From: Chthoniobacteraceae bacterium
GTDB lineage: Bacteria > Verrucomicrobiota > Verrucomicrobiia > Chthoniobacterales > Chthoniobacteraceae
Length of the DNA: 64,000 nucleotides
Reading direction: 5' to 3'
NCBI GenBank assembly: GCA_031409655.1
Contig: JANNXQ010000239.1
Coordinates: 23,616-87,615, forward strand
In this document: in pieces, positions 9,830-19,025 of the stretch
How positions within the stretch are numbered: the stretch's first letter is position 1
Layout of the letters: each line of letters opens with the position of its first letter
Translations under genes and position numbers: made by a program
The notes under the pieces: generated by a model
What the model saw: the letters and a program-made list of their open reading frames with translations, nothing else
The model's database searches: none
What the model was told of the DNA's origin: nothing

Positions 9830-10402
9830 ATGACGACCTTGGAGAAAGCCACCGCGGATGCCGTCGCGACCCTGCAAGGCCTCGCCTCACTCAGCGCCAC
9901 GATCGAGCGCGCCGCCGTGCTCATGGGCGAGTGCCTGACCCGCGGGGGCAAGCTCCTGGTGTGCGGCAATGGAGGCAGCGCCGCGGATGGCGCGGATTTC
10001 GCCACGGAGTTCACCTGCCGGTTTTCGCGAGATCGCCAGCCGTATCCGGCGATCAATCTCGCGGCCTGCGGCAGCGCGCTCACGGCAATCGGGAACGACT
10101 ACGGCTTCGAGCAGGTCTTCGCGCGGCAGGTTCGGGCTTTTGCGCAACGCGGCGACGTGCTCGTGGCCGTCACGACGAGTGGCAACTCGGCCAATATTCT
10201 CGCCGCCCTCACGACTGCGCGGGAACTCGGGATCACGAGCATCGCCCTCCTCGGAGGCACTGGCGGCAAAGCCGTCGGACTGGCCGCGCTGGAACTCATC
10301 GTGCCGACCACCAGCACCGCGCGCATCCAGGAGGGGCACAAATTCCTTTTTCACGTCCTCTGCGAAATGATCGATGAAAGCTGGCTGCTCGCGCGCGGCT
10401 AA
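9830..10402 (+). CDS. gmhA: SIS-domain phosphoheptose isomerase (GmhA/DiaA family)
   Basis: CGNGGSAAD, GNDYGFEQVFARQV, TSGNS, RIQEGH motifs. Confidence 0.8.
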   Translation: MTTLEKATADAVATLQGLASLSATIERAAVLMGECLTRGGKLLVCGNGGSAADGADFATEFTCRFSRDRQPYPAINLAACGSALTAIGNDYGFEQVFARQVRAFAQRGDVLVAVTTSGNSANILAALTTARELGITSIALLGGTGGKAVGLAALELIVPTTSTARIQEGHKFLFHVLCEMIDESWLLARG

Positions 10403-10437
10403 TGCGCAACTCCGCACCCGCTCGCCAAGTCCATCCA

Positions 10438-10466
10438 TTGACAAAGGCCACCCCGGTTTCGATACT
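10438..10466 (+). promoter_or_regulatory. sigma70-type promoter TTGACA-17-GATACT
   Basis: Perfect -35, 17-bp spacer, near-consensus -10, ending 9 nt before ATG 10476. Confidence 0.65.
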
Positions 10467-10475
10467 GCGCACACG

Positions 10476-11225
10476 ATGAGTCTCGACCTGAATGACCTGC
10501 TCCGGGATTGGCCGCACGAGCCTGGAATGCTGAAAGTTCGGCGAATTCTCGGCACTGACGGTAAGGAGAAAATTCAACTGCGCATCGATCTGGGGCTCAT
10601 TCAGATGGAGACCGCAGGGCGCCCTGACGGACAGCGTCCGCACAACTGCGAGAGCCTGCTCGAGTGGCATCTCGGCCGGTCGCGTCGGGCGGAAAAGAAG
10701 AGCGACACCTACACCCTTTCCGCCGAAGAAGTGGGCGATGTGCAGCAGGAAGGCATCCAGTATTACCACCGCTACATCTCGCTCTTTCAGCTCGGCGATT
10801 TCTCCGGCGTGATGCGCGATACCCAGCGGAATCTGGACATGTTCGACTTCGTGGCCGCGCACGCGCCGGAGGAGCTTTCCGGGTCCGTGGAGCAGTTCAC
10901 ACCCTACGTGCTGATGATGAATACGCGGGCCAAAGCCTCGATCGAGATCGAGCGCGAGGAGTTTGCCGGCGCGGTGCGGGTGATCGAACGGGGGATGGGA
11001 AAGATCCGCGCCTTCTACGACAAGAACGGCGGGCCGGAGGCGGCCACGTCCAGTCCAGAACTCGGCTTTCTGAGCGAGTGGCTCGATGAAGTGAAAGGCA
11101 AGCAGCCCGTCTCGAAGCTGGAGAAGATGCAGCGTGAGATGGATAACGCCATCGCGGCGGAGGCTTACGAAAAAGCCGCGGAATTGCGGGATGCCATTCG
11201 GCGAATCACGACCCGTAAGTCGTGA
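10476..11225 (+). CDS. Conserved protein with C-terminal UvrB/UvrC (UVR) motif
   Basis: IQLRIDLG.IQME..GRPDG.RP, QYYHRY; C-terminal MDNAIAAEAYEKAAELRDAI UVR motif. Confidence 0.85.
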   Translation: MSLDLNDLLRDWPHEPGMLKVRRILGTDGKEKIQLRIDLGLIQMETAGRPDGQRPHNCESLLEWHLGRSRRAEKKSDTYTLSAEEVGDVQQEGIQYYHRYISLFQLGDFSGVMRDTQRNLDMFDFVAAHAPEELSGSVEQFTPYVLMMNTRAKASIEIEREEFAGAVRVIERGMGKIRAFYDKNGGPEAATSSPELGFLSEWLDEVKGKQPVSKLEKMQREMDNAIAAEAYEKAAELRDAIRRITTRKS

Positions 11226-11236
11226 TCCGACGGCCG

Positions 11237-11335
11237 ACTTCAACCGCCAAACTTCAACCGCCAAACTGCAAAGGGCGGGACGAAATGTGGGCTTCACATT
11301 TTGTGTTTCGCGTTTGGTGTTTGGCGTTTGCCGTT
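11237..11335. repeat. Heptamer-based imperfect inverted repeat spanning the start of the ABC binding-protein gene
   Basis: (ACTTCAACCGCCAA)x2+ACTGCAA upstream; TGTTTCG-CGTTTGG-TGTTTGG-CGTTTGC downstream; central hairpin AAATGTG/CACATTT. Confidence 0.75.
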
Positions 11336-13246
11336 CTCCTTTTTGCCGGCTGCGGCAATGACCCGAATCCTGAGCCCCTCCACAAGACTCGCGCCGACGG
11401 CAAACCTTGGGTGACGAGGTATGCTGGGTTGACTGAAGACCCGCGCTCCTTTGATCCGCAGTTCTCGTATGATCAGATGAGCCGGCGCGTGCTCGAAGCG
11501 GTGTACGACACGCTGCTCGAGTATCACCCGATGAAAACGGATCCTTACGAGGTCCGGCCGGCGCTGCTTGCGGACCTGCCGGTGAAGGAGGTCTCCGCCG
11601 AGGGCAAGATCAGCTACCTCTGCCGGCTGAAGACTTCCGCTCGCTTCCACGATGATGTTTGTTTCCCCGGAGGCAAAGGTCGTCAGGTCGTGGCGGGCGA
11701 CGTTCTCTACGGCTTCCAGCGGCTTTGCGATCCGAAGGTCGAGTCGCCCTTCCTTTCCAATCTCGCGGAATACATTCCCGGCTTGCAGCAAGCGCACGAC
11801 GCCGCGGAAAAGAGCGGCACTTTCGACTACGCCGCCATACTCCCTGGTATTGAAGTTCTGGATGCGCAGAGTTTCCGTATCCATCTGACCAAGCCGTATC
11901 CCCAGCTCAGCTACTGGCTGGCGATGCACTGCACCACGCCGGTCGCGCGCGAAGCGGTCGAATACTACGATGGCAAGGAGCACGATGGGGTGGTGCGGCC
12001 CGACTTCCACAAATTTTACGCCGTCGGCACTGGTCCTTACCGCGTTCGCGAATACACCCCGCGGCAGCGGGTGCGCCTGGAGCGGGTGGAAGGTTACGCC
12101 ACCACGACTTTCCCGAGTGACGGTTTTCCGCCGGAGAAAGCCGCGTGGCTGCAGCAGTTTGCCGGCAAACCATTACCCCTCTCGGATGAAGTCAACCTCG
12201 CCATCATCCGCGAAAACATCCCCATCTTCATCCTCACGCGGCAGGGTTATCTCGATGGCATGGCGGTCAATAAGGATGCCTTTAACGCCATGCTCACGCC
12301 GACCCGCGAACTGGCACCCAAGTACAAGCAGCGCGGGATGTTTCTGGAGAAAGATATCGAACCCAGCACCTTCTGGATCAGCTTCAATATGGAAGACCCG
12401 ATCGTGGGGCAGAATAAGAAGCTGCGCCAGGCGCTCTCCTGCTCCTACGATGCGCAGACTTACTCGGATATCTTCTATAGTTCCGTCGCGCCCGTCGCGG
12501 AGCAACTGATCCCGCCCGGCCTCTTCGGCTTCGATCACGCCTGGCGCAATCCCTACGGGCACGATCCCGAGCGTGCGAAACGCCTGCTGGCCGAGGCTGG
12601 CTATCCAGGAGGACGCGATGCCAGTGGGAAGCAACTCGAACTGACGCTCGATTGCGCCGCGGTCGGCAGCGAAGACCGGCAGCGCGTGGAGTTCGTGCAG
12701 CGCGGCATGGAGCGACTCGGAGTGAAGGTCCGCGTCATTGAAAACACCTTCGCCCATCTTTTGCGGAAACAGGACACCGGTGACTTCCAGATGGCCGACG
12801 GCACCGGCTGGGGCGCGGACTATCCCGATCCAGAGAATTTCTTCTTCCTCCTCTACTCGAAGAATGTGCCCCCGGCCGGCAAGAACATCAGCCGCTTTCG
12901 CAATCCGGAGTTCGACCGGCTCTTTGAGCAAATGGCCACCATGGAAAACGGTCCCGAAAGGCTGGCGATTGTGCAACAGATCACGACGCTGGTCGGAGAG
13001 GAGGTCCCGCAGATCCTCAATTTTCACAAAGCCTTTTACAGCACGGTGCAGCCTTGGGCTCCGCGGACGCACAATAACTTGATGCTGGAAGGCGGCTTGA
13101 GGTTTCTCACCATCGACCCCGTGTTGCGGGAGAAATTACGCGGTGAGTGGAATCGCCGGCCACTTTGGCCACTGGCGCTCCTTGGCGTCCTGCTTGCCGC
13201 GGCGATCGGCTACGCGGTGCGTTGGAATCGGAGGATGAATGCTTAA
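11285..13246 (+). CDS. Peptide/nickel ABC transporter substrate-binding lipoprotein (family 5) with C-terminal TM helix
   Basis: Lipobox LFAGC, DPRSFDP, VGTGPY, KLRQALS, GWGADYPDPENF; hydrophobic C-terminal segment. Confidence 0.9.
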   Translation: MWASHFVFRVWCLAFAVLLFAGCGNDPNPEPLHKTRADGKPWVTRYAGLTEDPRSFDPQFSYDQMSRRVLEAVYDTLLEYHPMKTDPYEVRPALLADLPVKEVSAEGKISYLCRLKTSARFHDDVCFPGGKGRQVVAGDVLYGFQRLCDPKVESPFLSNLAEYIPGLQQAHDAAEKSGTFDYAAILPGIEVLDAQSFRIHLTKPYPQLSYWLAMHCTTPVAREAVEYYDGKEHDGVVRPDFHKFYAVGTGPYRVREYTPRQRVRLERVEGYATTTFPSDGFPPEKAAWLQQFAGKPLPLSDEVNLAIIRENIPIFILTRQGYLDGMAVNKDAFNAMLTPTRELAPKYKQRGMFLEKDIEPSTFWISFNMEDPIVGQNKKLRQALSCSYDAQTYSDIFYSSVAPVAEQLIPPGLFGFDHAWRNPYGHDPERAKRLLAEAGYPGGRDASGKQLELTLDCAAVGSEDRQRVEFVQRGMERLGVKVRVIENTFAHLLRKQDTGDFQMADGTGWGADYPDPENFFFLLYSKNVPPAGKNISRFRNPEFDRLFEQMATMENGPERLAIVQQITTLVGEEVPQILNFHKAFYSTVQPWAPRTHNNLMLEGGLRFLTIDPVLREKLRGEWNRRPLWPLALLGVLLAAAIGYAVRWNRRMNA

Positions 13247-14180
13247 CTACATCATCCGCCGAACGCTCTACGCGGTGCCGATTGTCCTCGGTGTGATCGT
13301 GCTCACGTTCCTGCTCTTCCGCGTGGTGCAGACGCCGGAGTCCATCGCCACCATGGTCCTCGGGCCGAAAGCCACCCGGCAGGCCAAGGACGACTTCATC
13401 AAGCGCGAGGGATTGGACAAACCAAAGGCCGTGCAACTCGCCGAGCATGTGCGGAAGCTTGTGACCTTCGAGCTTGGCACGTCCTGGAAAACCGGGCGCG
13501 ATTTGAGCGAGGTCTTCATCAAAGGCGCCGGGCCTTCGCTGATGATCACCGTGCCCGGATTTTTCGTCGGACTCATCACCGCCGTGGGACTCGCGCTCTA
13601 TCAAGTATTCGTCCGAAACTCCGCCCTCGATCGCGGCATGACCGTCGCCGCCGTGGCCCTGATGAGCGTGCCCACCGTGGTCTATATCATCGTGCTCCAG
13701 GCCATCGGCGCGCTGCTGCTCAATTACTTTCCCGCGTCGGGTTTTGATTGGCGCGGACTCGGGACTCTAAAGTTTGTGGCCCTGCCGATCCTCGTCATCG
13801 TCATCGTGAATCTCGGTTACGACGCCCGCCTTTACCGCGCCATTTTCATCGAGGAGATCGGCCAGGATTACATCCGCACCGCCCGGGCAAAGGGCGTCTC
13901 GCCGACCCGCGTGCTGACCGTCCATGTGCTGAAGAATGGCATGATCGCGCTCATCACCCTCACCGTCGCGCACCTCCCGGCTCTGATCATGGGTTCGCTG
14001 CTTATCGAGAATTTCTTTGGCATCCCCGGTCTTGGTAACACCCTCGTGATGGCGATCCAGACCGGCGATCTTCCCGTCGTCATGGCCAGCGTTTATCTCG
14101 GTTCGCTGCTTTACGTCGCGAGCCTCATCCTCACGGATATCGCCTACGCCCTGGCCGATCCGCGCATCCGTCTGAGTTAG
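13239..14180 (+). CDS. Opp/Dpp-type ABC permease (OppB-like)
   Basis: YIIRR start, DYIRTARAKG, HVLKN, IENFFGIPGLG, DPRIR. Confidence 0.92.
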   Translation: MLNYIIRRTLYAVPIVLGVIVLTFLLFRVVQTPESIATMVLGPKATRQAKDDFIKREGLDKPKAVQLAEHVRKLVTFELGTSWKTGRDLSEVFIKGAGPSLMITVPGFFVGLITAVGLALYQVFVRNSALDRGMTVAAVALMSVPTVVYIIVLQAIGALLLNYFPASGFDWRGLGTLKFVALPILVIVIVNLGYDARLYRAIFIEEIGQDYIRTARAKGVSPTRVLTVHVLKNGMIALITLTVAHLPALIMGSLLIENFFGIPGLGNTLVMAIQTGDLPVVMASVYLGSLLYVASLILTDIAYALADPRIRLS

Positions 14181-14183
14181 CCC

Positions 14184-15197
14184 ATGTCCAAGCTCCTCGA
14201 ACACTGGCTCACCCAAGACCTCCTGGTCCTGGCTGGCTTTGCTTTGCTCGGATGGGTGCTCTGGAGCGGCTCGCATCATGAACGCTGGCAGCGCGCCTGG
14301 CGGCGTTTTCGCGCGGATCGCTCGGGTCTCATTTCCCTTTGGATCGTCGCTCTCTACCTCTTCATCGGTGCGCTGGAGGTGCTCCATTTCCCGGATGGAA
14401 AAGGTGGCACCTCCAGCGTGCTCGATCGTTTCGTCGGCGGCATCCCGATCGAGAAAAGCTACAGCGCGCCGCTCGCCACGAAGCTCCTCTCTGAAGCCAA
14501 GCCCGAGCCGCTCCTTGGCCGCCACCTGCTCGGCACTGACGCGCTCGGAAAGGATGTGTTCACGGAGACCCTGAAGGCCTGCAAGACCGCGCTCATCATC
14601 GGCGGTCTCACCAGCGCCATCTACATCCCGCTCGGCACGCTTTTCGGCATCCTCGCCGGCTACTTCCGCCGCCGCGTGGACGATGCCATCCAGTACATTT
14701 ACAGCACCATCGCGTCGATCCCTTCGATCCTCCTGCTCATCTCCATCATCCTCGTGTTGGGCAAAGGGCTCGGCACCATGTCCATCGCCCTCGGCCTCAC
14801 GGCCTGGGTGGGCCTCTGCCGCCTCATCCGCGGCGAGACCATGAGGCAGGCGGAGCAGCCTTACGTGGCCGGCGCGCGCGCCCTCGGGCAGACCCACTGG
14901 AATATCATCACGCATCACCTGCTGCCGAATGTGCTGCACCTCGTCGTCATCAATTTCGTCCTCGGCTTCTCGAATATCGTGCTCGTCGAAGCCGTGCTCA
15001 GCTACCTCGGCGTCGGCACGCCCGTCGGCACGGCAAGTTGGGGAAACATGATCGATAGCGGCCGCTCCGAACTCAGCCGCGATCCGCTGGTCTGGTGGAA
15101 TCTAACCTCCGCCACCGTTGCTCTCTTCGGCCTCGTCCTTGCGCTGAATCTCTTCGGCGATGCCCTCCGGCGCGCCTTCGATCCGAAACGCGGCTGA
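14184..15197 (+). CDS. Opp/Dpp-type ABC permease (OppC-like)
   Basis: [43 protein letters not shown]. Confidence 0.92.
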   Translation: MSKLLEHWLTQDLLVLAGFALLGWVLWSGSHHERWQRAWRRFRADRSGLISLWIVALYLFIGALEVLHFPDGKGGTSSVLDRFVGGIPIEKSYSAPLATKLLSEAKPEPLLGRHLLGTDALGKDVFTETLKACKTALIIGGLTSAIYIPLGTLFGILAGYFRRRVDDAIQYIYSTIASIPSILLLISIILVLGKGLGTMSIALGLTAWVGLCRLIRGETMRQAEQPYVAGARALGQTHWNIITHHLLPNVLHLVVINFVLGFSNIVLVEAVLSYLGVGTPVGTASWGNMIDSGRSELSRDPLVWWNLTSATVALFGLVLALNLFGDALRRAFDPKRG

Positions 15198-15206
15198 TCA
15201 TCCGGC

Positions 15207-15647
15207 ATGCGTTGGCACATCTTCGCGATCGGCAAACCGAAGCTCGATTTCGCCCGCCTCGGCATCGACGAATACGCCGCCCGGCTGCGGCCCTTCGCGC
15301 CCGTCACCATCCAGTATCTCAAAGGCTCCTCGCCGGACGCCGAGAGCGAGATCTTGCTCGAGCGCAGCAAGTCCATGTTCCGCGTCGTGCTCGACGAGCG
15401 CGGCGAGCAACTGCGCAGTCCCGAACTCGCGAAAAAAATTACCGACTGGGAGATGAGCGGCCCGCGCGACATCGCCCTGCTCATCGGCGGCGCCGAAGGA
15501 CACCGCAACGCCCTGCGCAAAGCCGCCGCCTGGCGCTGGTCGCTCAGCACGCTCACCCTCCAGCACGAACTCGCGCTGGTCGTCGCACTCGAGCAGCTTT
15601 ACCGCGCCTATACGATCAAAGCCGGGATGCCCTACCACCGCGATTGA
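15207..15647 (+). CDS. rlmH: 23S rRNA m3Psi1915 methyltransferase
   Basis: IGK, LDERG, IGGAEG, SLS.LTL.H.LA.V...EQLYRA.TI..G.PYH. Confidence 0.95.
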   Translation: MRWHIFAIGKPKLDFARLGIDEYAARLRPFAPVTIQYLKGSSPDAESEILLERSKSMFRVVLDERGEQLRSPELAKKITDWEMSGPRDIALLIGGAEGHRNALRKAAAWRWSLSTLTLQHELALVVALEQLYRAYTIKAGMPYHRD

Positions 15648-15753
15648 GCGCGAGCCGCTCCCCGGAGCCAAAAATCCCCTTTGCGCACCGGATCACTTGT
15701 GACATAAGAACCGCCCCTTTTCGCCGGAGCAAAACTCCCTCCCAAGGGCCCCA

Positions 15754-15969
15754 ATGGAAAACGTCATCGCCAGCCACACGCTCCAAGTTGAGCGCAAAAC
15801 TTTCACCATCGAATTCCGCGAAAACGATCGCGGACGCTTCCTCCGTATCACCGAGGATGCGGGGGGGCGGCGCAATACCGTGATCATTCCCTCGACTGGG
15901 ATCAACGAATTCAACTCCGCGGTGGACGCCGTCGTCGTCGCCGCCAATAACGCCGCGCCTGCCGCGTAA
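15754..15969 (+). CDS. PUR-domain ssDNA/RNA-binding protein (PurA/DUF3276-like)
   Basis: 71 aa; RKTF.I...EN.RG.FLRITE...GRRNT.IIP..G..EF pattern of a single PUR repeat. Confidence 0.8.
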   Translation: MENVIASHTLQVERKTFTIEFRENDRGRFLRITEDAGGRRNTVIIPSTGINEFNSAVDAVVVAANNAAPAA

Positions 15970-16037
15970 CCGGCGCCTCCTCACCGCCGCCGGGCATCCG
16001 CCACGGATCGTCCTTTTCCTTTACCCACCAACCACTC

Positions 16038-18800
16038 ATGGCAAAAGCAACCAACAACACCAAATCCACGAAATCCCCAAAGTACGTTTACACCTGGGGC
16101 AACAATAAAGCAGACGGCGACGGTTCGATGAAGCCGCTCCTCGGCGGCAAAGGCGCGAACCTCGCGGAGATGACCCGCATCGGGCTTCCCGTGCCTCCCG
16201 GCTTCACCATCACCACGGAAGTCTGCACCTACTTCTACGCTCACAAGCGCACCTATCCCGCCACGCTCCAGGCGGAGATGGAAAAGGGCGTGGCGAACAT
16301 GGAGAAGATCATGGGCACGAAATTCGGCGACACCCAGAAGATGCCGCTGCTCGTCGCGGTGCGCTCCGGCGCGCGCGACTCCATGCCGGGCATGATGGAC
16401 ACCATCCTCAACCTCGGGCTCAACGACGAAACCGTGAAGGCGCTCGTCGCCGCGACGAAGAACGAGCGCTTCGCGTGGGATTGCTACCGCCGCTTCATCC
16501 AGATGTATGGCGACGTCGTCATGGGCGTGCAGAAGCGCGAGGGCGAAGATCACGATCCGTTTGAATCCGTGATCGAGCACTACAAGGACGAAAAGTACCA
16601 GCAGCACGACATCGATGACTCGAAGCTCGTCGCCGCCGACTACCAGGAACTCGTCGCGCGCTTTAAGAAGCTCGTGAAGGAGCGCACCGGGAAAGCCTTC
16701 CCGAACAATCCGTGGGACCAGCTCCGCGGAGCCTCGGGCGCCGTCTTCGGCTCCTGGATGAATGACCGCGCGATCGTCTATCGCCGGAAGTACAACATCC
16801 CGCAGGAGTGGGGCACCGCCGTGAACGTGCAGGCGATGGTCTATGGCAACACCGGCGAAACCTCCGGCAGCGGCGTCGCTTTCACCCGCAATCCGGCGAA
16901 CGGCGCGAACGAATTCTACGGCGAGTTTTTGATCAATGCGCAGGGCGAGGACGTGGTGGCTGGCGTGCGCACGCCCGAGCCGGTGTCCGAGCTGAAGAAG
17001 CAGATGCCGAAGTCATACGCTGAACTAATGAAGGTCCGCGCGACTCTGGAGAAGCACTTCAAGGACGTGCAGGACGTGGAGTTCACGGTGCAGGAGGGGA
17101 AGCTCTTCATGCTCCAGACGCGCAACGGCAAGCGCACCGCCGCGGCGGCGCTGAAATTCTCCATGGATATGTACAAGGAGAAGCTCATCGACTGGGAAAC
17201 CGCGGTGATGCGGAACCCCGCCGATCAGCTCGACCAGCTCCTCGCACCGATCTTCGACGTCGCCGACGTGAAGAAGGCCAAGGCGCTCGCGACTGGCCTC
17301 CCCGCGGGTCCAGGTGCTGCCTCCGGCAAGATCTACCTCAATGCCGACCGCGCCGCCGCGGCTGCCGAGAAGGGCGAAAAAGTCCTCCTCGTCCGCAACG
17401 AAACGTCGCCCGAAGATCTCCGCGGCATGATCGCCGCGGAAGGCATCCTGACCGCGAAAGGCGGCGTCTCCTCGCATGCCGCGCTCGTCGCGCGCCAGAT
17501 GGGCAAGGTCTGTATCTGCGGCGCCAGCGCGTTGCAGATCGACTACAAGGCGAAGACCGTGAAGGTCGCCGGCCAGACCTTCAAGGAAGGCGACTTCGTC
17601 TCGATCGATGGCACCAGCGGCATCGTCTATGGCGGCCAGCTTGCCACCCAGCCGAGCGAGATCATCACCGGCATGCTGCACGGTGATAAGCGCGCGCAGA
17701 AGACCGAGCAATTCGCCGCCTTCAACCAGCTCATGAAATGGTGTGGCCAGGCCACCCGCATGGAAGTCCGCACCAATGCCGACAACCCCGAGCAGACCCA
17801 GAACGCCCTCGCCTTCGGTGCCACCGGCATCGGCCTGACCCGCACCGAACACATGTTCTTCGAGGGCGACCGCATCGACGCCATGCGCGAGATGATTCTC
17901 GCCGACAAAACCGCCGACCGCATCGCCGCGCTGAAGAAACTCCTGCCCTACCAGCGCAAGGATTTCACCGGCATCTTCAAAGCCCTCAAAGGCTTCCCGG
18001 CGACCATCCGCTTCCTCGATCCGCCGCTCCACGAGTTCCTGCCGCACGATCACGCCTCGCAGCAGTCGCTCGCTGAGAAGATCGGGATCAGCTCCGAGAA
18101 AATCTCTCAGCGCGTCAAGGACCTGCACGAGTTCAATCCCATGCTCGGCCACCGCGGCTGCCGCCTCGGCATCGCGTATCCTGAGATCACCGAGATGCAA
18201 GCCCGCGCCGTCTTCGAAGCCGCCGCCGATGTGGTGAAGCTGAAGATCAAGGTGAAGCCCGAGATCATGATCCCGCTCGTCGGATTCAAGAAGGAACTCG
18301 ATTTGCAGGTCGAGATCGTCCACCGCGTCGCGAAGGAAGTCATGGCCGCGAAGAAAGTGAAGTTCGACTACATGGTCGGCACCATGATCGAAGTTCCCCG
18401 CGGCGCCCTCACCGCCGACGAGATCGCGCAGACCGCTGAGTTCTTCAGCTTCGGCACGAACGACCTCACCCAGACCGCGCTCGGCATCAGCCGCGACGAC
18501 ATGGGGAACTTCCTCATGCCTTATGTGGAAAATGAGATCTTCAAAAAGAACCCCTTCGCCAGCCTCGATCAGGTCGGTGTCGGCCTGCTCATGAAGATGG
18601 CCGTGGAAAAAGGCCGGAGCAGTCGCCCGAACATCAAGCTCGGCATCTGCGGCGAACACGGCGGCGATCCCGACAGCGTGAAGTTCTGCCACAAGCTCGG
18701 CCTGAACTACGTGAGCTGCTCACCTTACCGTGTGCCCGTCGCCCGCCTCGCCGCCGCTCAAGCCGCGATCGAGGAAAAGCGCGCCGCGAAGAAGAAGTAA
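16038..18800 (+). CDS. ppdK: Pyruvate, phosphate dikinase
   Basis: [36 protein letters not shown] phospho-His, [20 protein letters not shown]; strongly biased codons. Confidence 0.98.
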   Translation: MAKATNNTKSTKSPKYVYTWGNNKADGDGSMKPLLGGKGANLAEMTRIGLPVPPGFTITTEVCTYFYAHKRTYPATLQAEMEKGVANMEKIMGTKFGDTQKMPLLVAVRSGARDSMPGMMDTILNLGLNDETVKALVAATKNERFAWDCYRRFIQMYGDVVMGVQKREGEDHDPFESVIEHYKDEKYQQHDIDDSKLVAADYQELVARFKKLVKERTGKAFPNNPWDQLRGASGAVFGSWMNDRAIVYRRKYNIPQEWGTAVNVQAMVYGNTGETSGSGVAFTRNPANGANEFYGEFLINAQGEDVVAGVRTPEPVSELKKQMPKSYAELMKVRATLEKHFKDVQDVEFTVQEGKLFMLQTRNGKRTAAAALKFSMDMYKEKLIDWETAVMRNPADQLDQLLAPIFDVADVKKAKALATGLPAGPGAASGKIYLNADRAAAAAEKGEKVLLVRNETSPEDLRGMIAAEGILTAKGGVSSHAALVARQMGKVCICGASALQIDYKAKTVKVAGQTFKEGDFVSIDGTSGIVYGGQLATQPSEIITGMLHGDKRAQKTEQFAAFNQLMKWCGQATRMEVRTNADNPEQTQNALAFGATGIGLTRTEHMFFEGDRIDAMREMILADKTADRIAALKKLLPYQRKDFTGIFKALKGFPATIRFLDPPLHEFLPHDHASQQSLAEKIGISSEKISQRVKDLHEFNPMLGHRGCRLGIAYPEITEMQARAVFEAAADVVKLKIKVKPEIMIPLVGFKKELDLQVEIVHRVAKEVMAAKKVKFDYMVGTMIEVPRGALTADEIAQTAEFFSFGTNDLTQTALGISRDDMGNFLMPYVENEIFKKNPFASLDQVGVGLLMKMAVEKGRSSRPNIKLGICGEHGGDPDSVKFCHKLGLNYVSCSPYRVPVARLAAAQAAIEEKRAAKKK

Positions 18801-18810
18801 CTCCACCACT

Positions 18811-18888
18811 TTCACCGCAAGGTGAACTTGTACCATGCGCTTCGGCGCAAGAGTACGCAGGGCTCCCTCACCCCCGCGGTGAGCGCCC
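18811..18888 (+). ncRNA. Candidate structured RNA / 3'UTR (three tandem hairpins) after ppdK
   Basis: TTCACC-GCAA-GGTGAA; TGCGC-TTCG-GCGCA with outer GTAC/GTAC; CTCACC-CCCGC-GGTGAG with outer GGGC/GCCC. Confidence 0.45.
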
Positions 18889-18893
18889 ACTAC

Positions 18894-18933
18894 AGCCGCC
18901 CCGGTCGCAAGACTGGGGCGGCTCTGTGTTTGT
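18894..18933 (+). terminator. Intrinsic terminator
   Basis: AGCCGCCCCGGTC-GCAA-GACTGGGGCGGCT followed by CTGTGTTTGT. Confidence 0.7.
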
Positions 18934-19025
18934 CGGGCATGCTCCCTCGTCCCCGGGCCTCGGCGGTGCCTGGGTTTTCCGGAAAGATGGTGTGGGTGGG
19001 CGCGACGGTGGATGTTACCTCCCAC

